A DNA stretch of 64,000 bases, taken from assembly GCA_043808325.1 (NCBI GenBank), contig JAZDEY010000059.1:11218-75217 (forward strand), given 5' to 3'. This DNA is from Candidatus Eiseniibacteriota bacterium (lineage in GTDB: Bacteria > Arandabacterota > Arandabacteria > Arandabacterales > Arandabacteraceae). This document shows positions 1-8,054 of this stretch, piece by piece; positions within the stretch are counted from its first letter, which is position 1, and each line of letters starts with the position of its first letter. Both the position numbers and the translations under genes were made by a program. The notes below the pieces were generated by a model, which was not told where the DNA came from, made no database searches, and worked only from the letters and a program-made list of their open reading frames with translations.

Positions 1-960
1 AGCTCGCGTCTCCTTGAAGCTCAAAGCGTAGTGCTCCCGCACGTAGGTGGTCGGCCGGAACTTGGTCTTGAACCGCACCAATCCCCAGTTGACTTCGTTT
101 CCAAACGACACCGTGCCGAGATCCAAGTATCTGTAACCGGAGCGCTTGAGCAGGCTCAGCGCACCATATAGGGTCGCCTCGGCGATCCGCAGATCGCCGT
201 GGTCCCGGTCATCACAGATGTAGAATGCGAGCCCTACCCGCGGATTGCAGAGAAAGAGCAGGCAGCCTCCCACAACCTTCTCCTGGAGCGCCGCCTCCAA
301 CAGGATCAACCTGTCGGGGAAAATTCCGAAGAGTTTCTCCAGCTCATCCAAGGTGTGGGTGGGCGTGGTTCCCTTGGCGGTAAGACTGCGGCCCAGCACC
401 TCGTAGAAACCGCCGAGAGCCGTAGTGGCGTGGACATAAACCCCGCCCTTCTCGGCCCTGCGCAGACTGCGACGGAGCACAGGATCAAGATCATCCTTCT
501 CCGGCGAATCGAGATCCACCACCAGACTGGCGTCCCGGGACACCAGCCGGTAGCCCGCCCTCCCCAACACGAAGGCCAGCCCGTGATCCTGGCTCGACGA
601 ATAGCATAGCGGAGGCAGGACGATTTCGATACCCGCATAGCCCATGCCCCTGACATACTCGGTCAGAGCGTCGACAACATCGGCCATCGGCCTGAGGGCG
701 CGGTCATCCCTGAAGACCGGTCCCCCGAAGGAAGATCCCACGGGTGACCTGAAGAACCGACCCTCGGCCTCGTCGACGTCACCTCCGGCGACCACGCACA
801 CCAGGTCGTTGCCGTCCTTGACGGCAAGATTGAGCCACTTGAATCTTGAGGAAGGATGATAGCTCAGAAATCTCAATGTACTGAAGATCGTGCCCCCAGG
901 ACTCTCCTCCACAAACCTGTCCCACTCCTGGTTGGCGCCCTGGACACGCAGTATCTCCAT
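1..960 (-). CDS. GNAT/FemAB-like acyltransferase (3' part runs off the window)
   Basis: Not in the ORF track because it has no stop in the window. Manual translation from ATG 960 gives MEILRVQGANQEWDRFVEESPGGTIFSTLRFLSYHP...SPVGSSFGG, a FemAB/GNAT-type N-terminus. An AGGA RBS lies upstream and the gene follows a DegT gene. Confidence 0.7.
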   Translation of the reverse strand, partial: MEILRVQGANQEWDRFVEESPGGTIFSTLRFLSYHPSSRFKWLNLAVKDGNDLVCVVAGGDVDEAEGRFFRSPVGSSFGGPVFRDDRALRPMADVVDALTEYVRGMGYAGIEIVLPPLCYSSSQDHGLAFVLGRAGYRLVSRDASLVVDLDSPEKDDLDPVLRRSLRRAEKGGVYVHATTALGGFYEVLGRSLTAKGTTPTHTLDELEKLFGIFPDRLILLEAALQEKVVGGCLLFLCNPRVGLAFYICDDRDHGDLRIAEATLYGALSLLKRSGYRYLDLGTVSFGNEVNWGLVRFKTKFRPTTYVREHYALSFKETRA

Positions 961-979
961 AGTCTTATTTCCTGCTGAT

Positions 980-2095
980 TCAGCGTCCTGCGGCTGCCTG
1001 CCTGAGACACTTCTTGAGACTCGCCGCCACCTGCGCCACGGTCTCTTCCCCCATAGACGGATAGATCGGCAGGGCAAGCGAATGCTTGAAAGCATGGCTC
1101 GATTGGGGAAGGCTGCCGGGCCTGTAGCCATACTTGTCCCGGTAGAAGGGCTGGAGATGGATTGCGTAGGTGCCGATTGCCGTTTCAACGCCGTCGGCCT
1201 TCATCGCGGCGATCAAGCGATCCCTGTCTATCTTAGAGTGAACCAGCACCACATAGGATTGATAGGTGTGGAAATAGCCGCTGGGTTCGACCGGAGAGGC
1301 AATCTCGTCGACCTCGGCGAGCAGCCTGTCATAGATCCGAGCGACCCTTCGCCGCTTCTCAACCAAATCGGCGATTTGCTCCATCTGCACGATTCCCAGG
1401 CAGGCTTCGATCTCATTCATCCTGAGATTGTATCCAGCGAGCACGAACTCCGTTATCCCTCGTGTGGTATCGATGCCGTGATTGCGAAGTCTCCTGACCT
1501 GATTGGCCCAGGCTTCGTTGTCGGTGAGCACCATGCCGCCCTCTCCGGTGGTGACAATCTTCCTGGGATGAAAACTGATTACCGAAGCCTCCCCGAAAGA
1601 GCCGCACCTCCTGCCGCCTGCCGCGGACCCGAGGGCGCAGGCCGAATCCTCAATAACCGTCAACCGGCCCCGGCTTGCGACGCTTCCGATAGCGGCCATG
1701 TCGGCAGCAAGGCCAAAGAGATCGACAGGCATGACGGCTCTGGTCTTCGGTGATAGCTTGGCCCTAACCTCTTCCACATCCAGATTGAAGGTCGCAAGAT
1801 CGATGTCCGCGAGCACCGGCACTGCCCCACATGCGACCACCGCATTCGCAGTCGCGGGAAAAGTGAAATCGGGCAGGATCACTTCGTCCCCCTCCCCGAT
1901 GCCCAAAGCGGTCAGCGCACACTGGATCGCCGAGGTTCCAGAGCTGACCGCAACCGCGTGCCCACGTCCTACGTAGGAGGCGACCATCGTTTCGAACTGC
2001 AGGACGCGCTTTCCCTGGACAAGGAAACCGTCTTGGAGAACTGCCTTTACCGCCTCGATGGCTCCTTCGATCTCAGGCCGCGTGAGTCTGATCAT
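980..2095 (-). CDS. DegT/DnrJ/EryC1/StrS family PLP-dependent sugar aminotransferase
   Basis: SSGTSA, IEDSACALG and SFHPRKIVTTGEGG (PLP Lys) motifs. Start moved to ATG 2095 (MIRLTRP). Confidence 0.92.
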   Translation of the reverse strand: MIRLTRPEIEGAIEAVKAVLQDGFLVQGKRVLQFETMVASYVGRGHAVAVSSGTSAIQCALTALGIGEGDEVILPDFTFPATANAVVACGAVPVLADIDLATFNLDVEEVRAKLSPKTRAVMPVDLFGLAADMAAIGSVASRGRLTVIEDSACALGSAAGGRRCGSFGEASVISFHPRKIVTTGEGGMVLTDNEAWANQVRRLRNHGIDTTRGITEFVLAGYNLRMNEIEACLGIVQMEQIADLVEKRRRVARIYDRLLAEVDEIASPVEPSGYFHTYQSYVVLVHSKIDRDRLIAAMKADGVETAIGTYAIHLQPFYRDKYGYRPGSLPQSSHAFKHSLALPIYPSMGEETVAQVAASLKKCLRQAAAGR

Positions 2096-3047
2096 TGATT
2101 TGCTTCCTGTACCACTCGATCGTCCGGGCCAAGCCATCCTCCAGGTCGACCTTCGGCCAGTAATCAAGAAGGGTCTGAGCTTTCCTTATACTGGGGATGC
2201 GCAGCTCCACATCGACATAGTCCTTGTAACCGTAGACGATCTTGGAATTGGAGTTCGCGAGCCTGCGCACCACCTGTGCCAGGTTGGCTACCGTGACAGT
2301 CGCTCTGGGGTTTCCGATGTTGAAGACGTGCCCGACCGCTTCTTCCTTCTCAAGGCAAAGCAGGGCCCCGTCAACCATGTCGTCGACGTAGCACCAGGCT
2401 CTGATCTGGTTACCGTCTCCGTGGATCACCAGATCCTTATCCTGAAGGGCATCGACCACGAAGCTGTGGATCGCCCCCACCCCGACCTGCTGCGGGCCGT
2501 AAACATTGAAGGGTCTAATGGTCACCGTGGCAAGGCCATGCTCCTTGTGATAGGAACTGACAAGATGTTCGGCGGCAAGTTTGGAGACTGCGTAGGTCCA
2601 TCGCGACTCTCCCACCACGCCAAGGGCTGTCGCGTTATGCTCTTCAGCCATGTAGACATGGCTTCCAAAAACCTCGCTGGTGGAGAAGTCCACGAACCTT
2701 CGGACACCGGCCTTGACCGCAGCATCAAGCGCATTCAGGGTCCCGAAAAGATTGACCTTCATGGTCAAAGTCGGCATCTCCATAACGGTATCGACGCCGG
2801 CAATCGCGGCCAGGTGGATCAATATGTCGCAGCCCCCCGCCGCAGCAAAGAGATCATCCCGGTTGAGTACGTCCCCTTCAATGATGCGGACATTGGGAAA
2901 GGAGCCGATGCTGGTATATTTGAGAGCATTCCGGTGAAGATTATCGTAAACAACAATCCGGTTCTTCGCGGCGAGCCTCTTGACAAGCTGCGTGCCGATA
3001 AAGCCCGCCCCGCCCGTCAACAGTATCGTCCTGTTCTCCAGCAGCAT
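2073..3047 (-). CDS. NAD-dependent nucleotide-sugar epimerase/dehydratase (extended SDR)
   Basis: TGGAGFIG, HLAA, STSEV, YAVSK (YxxxK) and RPFNVYGP motifs. Confidence 0.92.
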   Translation of the reverse strand: MLLENRTILLTGGAGFIGTQLVKRLAAKNRIVVYDNLHRNALKYTSIGSFPNVRIIEGDVLNRDDLFAAAGGCDILIHLAAIAGVDTVMEMPTLTMKVNLFGTLNALDAAVKAGVRRFVDFSTSEVFGSHVYMAEEHNATALGVVGESRWTYAVSKLAAEHLVSSYHKEHGLATVTIRPFNVYGPQQVGVGAIHSFVVDALQDKDLVIHGDGNQIRAWCYVDDMVDGALLCLEKEEAVGHVFNIGNPRATVTVANLAQVVRRLANSNSKIVYGYKDYVDVELRIPSIRKAQTLLDYWPKVDLEDGLARTIEWYRKQINDQTHAA

Positions 3048-3053
3048 CGCCCC

Positions 3054-5264
3054 TCACCGTACGATTACGAATCGCCCCTTGAAATCACTGCCGTCCTGGG
3101 CCCGTCCGACGTAAACATAAACGCCCGAGATTATCTCCTTGCCCGCGGCGTTGGTAGTATCCCAAGGTTTCTCAGGATCGAATTCACCGAGAAAATCGCC
3201 CGCCAGAGTATAGATCCTTATCATCGAACCCGGGCTGAAGCCCGAGAACCCAATTCCCCGCTTGCAGCCATCATTGTCGGCGATATATGGATTGGGATAT
3301 ACGTTGATCCAGACCTTCGGCCGCGGCTCGGGGACCTCATGGTGATACCTGTAGATGCCCGCTCCCGCGGTCCCTATCCATAATGCCCCATCGGCATCAA
3401 ATGCAATTGCCTTTACCGGGGCAGCCTCAAGAGGGCTATTGGAATTATCGAAAAACTCGATCTTCCCGAAATGACCCCAGTCCACCCCATAGCCCTTGAG
3501 AACATAGAGCCCCAGATCACTGCCGACCCACTTGTCGCCGTGGCGATCGATCTTGACATCCCAGACCGAGCCCAATCGGGTATAAGTGCGGTGCCATCTG
3601 CCGCATCCGGGGTCATAGGCGCCGAGACCACCACCGCTGCCCAGCCACACGATGCCGTAAGGATCAAGTGCGAAGGCATAGGTAGCGATTCCCTGAGGCC
3701 AGCCTGCCGTTGACCCCCATACCTTGCACAGATCGTCGTTCTTGTTTTTGAAATCCCCACCCAGGCCCAGATTCACCACCTCGGCCTTGCACTCCGTGTC
3801 TCCAACGAAGTAATTGCCGATCATGTAGGTGCCGCCGGGCCCCGGGCCGACCGCAGTAACGCACACGCTCGACAGGCAAACCGGTATCTCGTCTTTCGAA
3901 TAATGGACGAAGGCCCCGTCCGCACGCCTGACCCCCATCCCCTGGAGGTATTCGCCGAACGCCACGTTGCCCCGGCCATCGATGTAAATGTCGGAGATCA
4001 CGCCGGTTCTGACGCTATCGCGGTACGAGGTCCACACGGAGGCCTGGGGATCGTACTTGATCAGGCCGCCAGGCCGATCAGCCGTGCTTTCCCAGAAGCC
4101 GAACCATACCGAGCCGTCGACGGGGTTGGTCTCGCAAGGGTAGGCTCGGTTGGAGGGAATGTCGGGGTGCATGAGTTGGTTCCAAGTCAGGGTCGATGGT
4201 CGGTAACGCAGGATTCCCTGGTCGCTTCCCGTCGGGCCGCCCCTGAATCTGTAGCCCGTGGTAAACCAGACGTCACCGGTCCCATCGATGCACAGATCCT
4301 CGATGTAGTTGCTGGCAGGACCCGCGGATTGCACAAGCGTCCACGTATTGCCCTGGAGAAAGGCTGCTCCATTCTTGGTGCCAATCCAGGTCTGGCCGCC
4401 GGCAAGGCGCACCCGGTGCATGTAGTCGTCCGGCATGCTGGCCGGCAGGCCATCCTTGACCTGAACCCACCATCGGTTCGCCGAGTCATACCTCCACGGC
4501 CCGCTGTTGGCCGCCACCCAGACCGCGGAGCCCTCGGCCCCGATGTCGCGGATGAGTGCGGTCTCTATGAACCTTCTGGATATCACACGGAGCAAGCTCC
4601 CATCGTAGGTGTACACGGAATCTGAGGCGACAATCCAGAACAAGCTCTGGTTGTCGTATGCGATCCGATAGGCCCGCTTGCGCTGGATCAGCTGATTCCA
4701 GGTCCCGGTGTCGAAGCTGTAGGCGAAGAGCCCGCAGCCGGTTCCCACCAGGGCTGCCTGATCGTTCAAGCCGACCGCCAGCACCGAATCGCACCCTGAA
4801 TTCCCCCAGTCGTTTCCGTTGAAAAAACGGATGAACTGGTCGTTTTGGAACAACGAGACGCCGCCGGAAGTTCCCACGGCCACCCTTCCTCCCGAGACCG
4901 CAATGTCCAACACATCGTCACTCAACAGGTGGAGGTTCCCGGTGTTCTCAAACTGCCAGCCGCTGTTATCCGAAATGCATACGCCCTCGTGAGCCGTGCC
5001 GATCCAGACCCTACCGCCCGCGTCCGTAGCCACTGCGTTTATCCGGTTGCTGCGCAATTCGCCAACCGATTTCAAGGTCTTCTGGAACATTTGGGTTGCG
5101 GGATCATAAGTCACCAATCCACCGACCGATCCCCACCGGACCCGACCCTCGTCCAGCCACAGCGTTGTCACTCCGTTGGAGTTGACATAGACCTCCCAGT
5201 CGGCAGCCCTGGCCGTCGAGACAAAGACCAAGATCCCCGCAAGCCCCACCATCAGATGCCTCAT
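3054..5264 (-). CDS. Secreted PorZ-like/Reg_prop beta-propeller protein with C-terminal T9SS/FlgD-Ig-like domain
   Basis: Signal peptide ending ARA, repeated D..G.(V/L)W.GT/G..GL blades, and a C-terminal VYPNPY...IRIYTLAG...WD...SGVYVY segment. Confidence 0.75.
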   Translation of the reverse strand: MRHLMVGLAGILVFVSTARAADWEVYVNSNGVTTLWLDEGRVRWGSVGGLVTYDPATQMFQKTLKSVGELRSNRINAVATDAGGRVWIGTAHEGVCISDNSGWQFENTGNLHLLSDDVLDIAVSGGRVAVGTSGGVSLFQNDQFIRFFNGNDWGNSGCDSVLAVGLNDQAALVGTGCGLFAYSFDTGTWNQLIQRKRAYRIAYDNQSLFWIVASDSVYTYDGSLLRVISRRFIETALIRDIGAEGSAVWVAANSGPWRYDSANRWWVQVKDGLPASMPDDYMHRVRLAGGQTWIGTKNGAAFLQGNTWTLVQSAGPASNYIEDLCIDGTGDVWFTTGYRFRGGPTGSDQGILRYRPSTLTWNQLMHPDIPSNRAYPCETNPVDGSVWFGFWESTADRPGGLIKYDPQASVWTSYRDSVRTGVISDIYIDGRGNVAFGEYLQGMGVRRADGAFVHYSKDEIPVCLSSVCVTAVGPGPGGTYMIGNYFVGDTECKAEVVNLGLGGDFKNKNDDLCKVWGSTAGWPQGIATYAFALDPYGIVWLGSGGGLGAYDPGCGRWHRTYTRLGSVWDVKIDRHGDKWVGSDLGLYVLKGYGVDWGHFGKIEFFDNSNSPLEAAPVKAIAFDADGALWIGTAGAGIYRYHHEVPEPRPKVWINVYPNPYIADNDGCKRGIGFSGFSPGSMIRIYTLAGDFLGEFDPEKPWDTTNAAGKEIISGVYVYVGRAQDGSDFKGRFVIVR

Positions 5265-5287
5265 GCCCTACCTCCCGGAATTTAGCT

Positions 5288-7282
5288 CTATGGCGTTTTC
5301 GAGCTCCGGAACAAGCGTCCGAGCCGTTTCAGAACTTCAAGCATGATCTCCATATCATAAGACAAAGACCAGTTCTGAACATAATATATATCAAGTCGAG
5401 TCTTCTCGTCGCCACTGAGATCGGCCGCACCTAGCCAAGGTCCTATCACTCCCGGCCTCAGGCTCTCTCCGCTGATAGGTTGGCTCGGTCCCGCGAGGCT
5501 CATCCCACCACCCAGCACCAGCGTCAGGCGCTTCAGGGAAGCCGACCATGGAGAATAGTTACGGAAAGACAGCATCTGTGCAAGGAACACCACGGGCGAG
5601 ATCGCCGCGAGGACCGCGATTCCGAGCAACGCAAAAACGAAGTCGCTGACGCGCTTGGTTGCAAGCCGTATCCCGGCCAGACTTGCGGGAGGAAACACCA
5701 CAACCGGAATGCCGCCTATTTCCTCCAGGAGCGAGCCCCGTATCAGGATATCGGTGACCTCGGAGACCACCCGGACCTCGGCGCCCGACCTTCGAGCAGT
5801 AACCACAACGGGTCCGATCTCGGCCCGGGAAATCTGCCTATCGCAGACAAAGACCTCGTGGAGGCGCTGCTCCGCCACCAGAGCGCCTATGCTTAGGGTG
5901 TCGCCGACCAGGGGCTTCATATCGGGGCGCACCTGCCGACCGATAGGAGCCACGTAACCGACAAAATCGTATTCCGCGCCACGGGATGCAAGCAGCCGTT
6001 CCTTGAGATCTACGGCATCCTGGTCTTCCCCAACGATTACTATTCTCCTAAGGTCAAAGAAGCTTCTCCTCAGGGCATGATGGATGGATCTGCCCACAGC
6101 ACGGCCCAGCGTCACCAGGACTACCGATATCGGCCAGAAGATCAGGATGATCGCTCGGGAGTAGGTTATGGTTCGGGTAAGGTACGTGGCAGCCATAATC
6201 ACAAGCGAGGCCAGAAGCAGAGCCCGCGCGATGCCGACCAGATCCCTGGCAAAGGTCGTCGACCTCGGCTTTCGGTAGAAACCCGAATACACCAGGGAGA
6301 CCAGGCATACCGCGTTGACGAAGACTATTAAACCCCTGTAGATCGCCAGACCGTAGAGCGGCTTAACGAAGAGGTCCCTGATGAGATATCTTACCCAGTA
6401 GGCCGATACAAAGGCCAGGCTGATCAAGGCCAGATCGGTTAAGGCCGTCGCTGCCAGCGAAAAGATCCACCTCTCACGTTTCATGGCAAAAACCGCCGAG
6501 CTCCATTTGTCGAGAAAACGGAATGTGCTGAAGAGATGCGCGACCAGCTTGCGATCCGGAAAAAGCCTCGCGCTTTCACGTCTGTGGAAATGTTTCATCA
6601 CGGCGGAGGGCACATAGTATACCTTCCAGCCGTGCTTCTTCATCCGGTAGCACCAGTCCACGTCCTCAAGATAGAGAAAGAACCGCTCGTCCATTCCCCC
6701 AAGGCCCTCGTAGGCTTCCCGCCTCACCATCATGCACGCCCCCAACACCCAATCCACCTGGCGCTCCGAGTTGTGGTCCCAGTCCAGCATCAGGTGATCC
6801 CTCACCGCTCCGGCATTGGGGAAGATCTTCCCAAGCAGCGTGCGCCTGAGGAGCACGGTCTTGAGCGTATAGAAGGTGCGGCTGGACATCTGAAGCGAAC
6901 CGTCGGGGTAGACTAATTTCGCTCCGGCGATCCCCACCTGTGCGCTCCGTTGCATAAAGGACCAAAGGTGCCCGACCGAGCCCTCGGTCACTTCGATGTC
7001 GGGATTGAGGATCAGGAAGTAGCGACCCCGGGAACGGTCGATTCCCTGGTTGACCGCCTTGGCGTAACCGTGATTGACAGCGTTCTTGACAAGCGTCACC
7101 TCGGGAAACTCGCGCTCGATCATCTCTGCGCTTCCGTCGGCCGAGGCGTTGTCTATGACGATCACCTCGTAGCTTACATCATGCGTGCGCTCGCGCAGCG
7201 CCCTGAGGCAAGTACTGAGGAAATCGCGGGTATTGTAGGACACGATTATGATCGAAACTTCCACAGGTCTTACGGCTTCCAT
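5288..7282 (-). CDS. GT2 (rhamnosyltransferase-like) fused to a WcaJ-like membrane/CoA-binding/degenerate sugar-transferase module
   Basis: N-terminal SIIIVSYN, DNAS.DGS, LNPD and FFLYLEDVDWC motifs, then TM helices, a Rossmann-like IVIVG and KRVSD...GMSLAGP...LDIYYVQNWS. Start set at ATG 7282. Confidence 0.8.
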   Translation of the reverse strand: MEAVRPVEVSIIIVSYNTRDFLSTCLRALRERTHDVSYEVIVIDNASADGSAEMIEREFPEVTLVKNAVNHGYAKAVNQGIDRSRGRYFLILNPDIEVTEGSVGHLWSFMQRSAQVGIAGAKLVYPDGSLQMSSRTFYTLKTVLLRRTLLGKIFPNAGAVRDHLMLDWDHNSERQVDWVLGACMMVRREAYEGLGGMDERFFLYLEDVDWCYRMKKHGWKVYYVPSAVMKHFHRRESARLFPDRKLVAHLFSTFRFLDKWSSAVFAMKRERWIFSLAATALTDLALISLAFVSAYWVRYLIRDLFVKPLYGLAIYRGLIVFVNAVCLVSLVYSGFYRKPRSTTFARDLVGIARALLLASLVIMAATYLTRTITYSRAIILIFWPISVVLVTLGRAVGRSIHHALRRSFFDLRRIVIVGEDQDAVDLKERLLASRGAEYDFVGYVAPIGRQVRPDMKPLVGDTLSIGALVAEQRLHEVFVCDRQISRAEIGPVVVTARRSGAEVRVVSEVTDILIRGSLLEEIGGIPVVVFPPASLAGIRLATKRVSDFVFALLGIAVLAAISPVVFLAQMLSFRNYSPWSASLKRLTLVLGGGMSLAGPSQPISGESLRPGVIGPWLGAADLSGDEKTRLDIYYVQNWSLSYDMEIMLEVLKRLGRLFRSSKTP

Positions 7283-7337
7283 AACCCTCGTCCGTGGAGC
7301 CATCCCGCCACATGGCAGGAAAGACACCCCGCCTTGC

Positions 7338-8054
7338 CTACAGCCGGCCCAAGAGCGCCTCGAGCCTCAGCCACCAGACCTTCCACATCGCTTCCCAGAT
7401 TATCTTCTTCGACATCTTTGAGGCCCCGGAGTGCCTGTCAACGAAGACAATCGGTATCTCGGCTATGCTGAAGTGCTTGCGCCACGCCCGAAACGTCATC
7501 TCAACCTGAAAGCAATAGCCGTCCGAAATCACGTCGTCGAGACTGATGGCCTCGAGCACCTTCCGCCTGAAGCACTTGAAGCCCGCGGTGGCATCACGCA
7601 CCGGCATCCCCGTGATTATCATGGTGTAGAGATTGGCGAAGTAACTCAAGAGCAGTCTCGACATCGGCCAGTTGACGACGTTGACACCCTTAATGTAACG
7701 GGAGCCGATCGCGACGTCATGATCCTTGATCGCCTCCACGAGCTGCGGAACGTACTGCGGATCATGTGAGAGATCCGCATCCATTTGGACCACCACTTCC
7801 GCCCCTCCTGCCAGTACGTTTTTGAACCCGGTGATATAGGCGGAGCCAAGTCCGAGCTTTCGGGGCCGCCGAATCAGGCGCACCCTGGGGTTCTCCCTGC
7901 CGATCCTCTCCACCCAGTCGCCGGTGCCGTCGGGCGAGCTGTCATCGACCACCAGGATGTCGATGTCCGGACTCAGATCCAGAAGCCGCGCTATCACGCA
8001 CTGGATATTCTCAAGCTCATTGTAGGTAGGGATCACAATGCTGATCTTAGCCAT
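7338..8054 (-). CDS. Polyprenol monophosphomannose synthase (DPM1/Ppm1-like GT2)
   Basis: IPTYNELEN, VDDSSPDGT, GLGSAY, MDADLSH and DATAGFKC motifs. Start set at ATG 8054. Confidence 0.9.
   Translation of the reverse strand: MAKISIVIPTYNELENIQCVIARLLDLSPDIDILVVDDSSPDGTGDWVERIGRENPRVRLIRRPRKLGLGSAYITGFKNVLAGGAEVVVQMDADLSHDPQYVPQLVEAIKDHDVAIGSRYIKGVNVVNWPMSRLLLSYFANLYTMIITGMPVRDATAGFKCFRRKVLEAISLDDVISDGYCFQVEMTFRAWRKHFSIAEIPIVFVDRHSGASKMSKKIIWEAMWKVWWLRLEALLGRL

Noticed and set aside
2058-3383. Long + strand ORFs (for example 2058-3383, 28891-29901, 47387-48493, 62831-63931)
   Set aside because: They lie antisense to well-conserved minus-strand genes, show no recognisable motifs, and are expected shadows of GC-rich codon usage.
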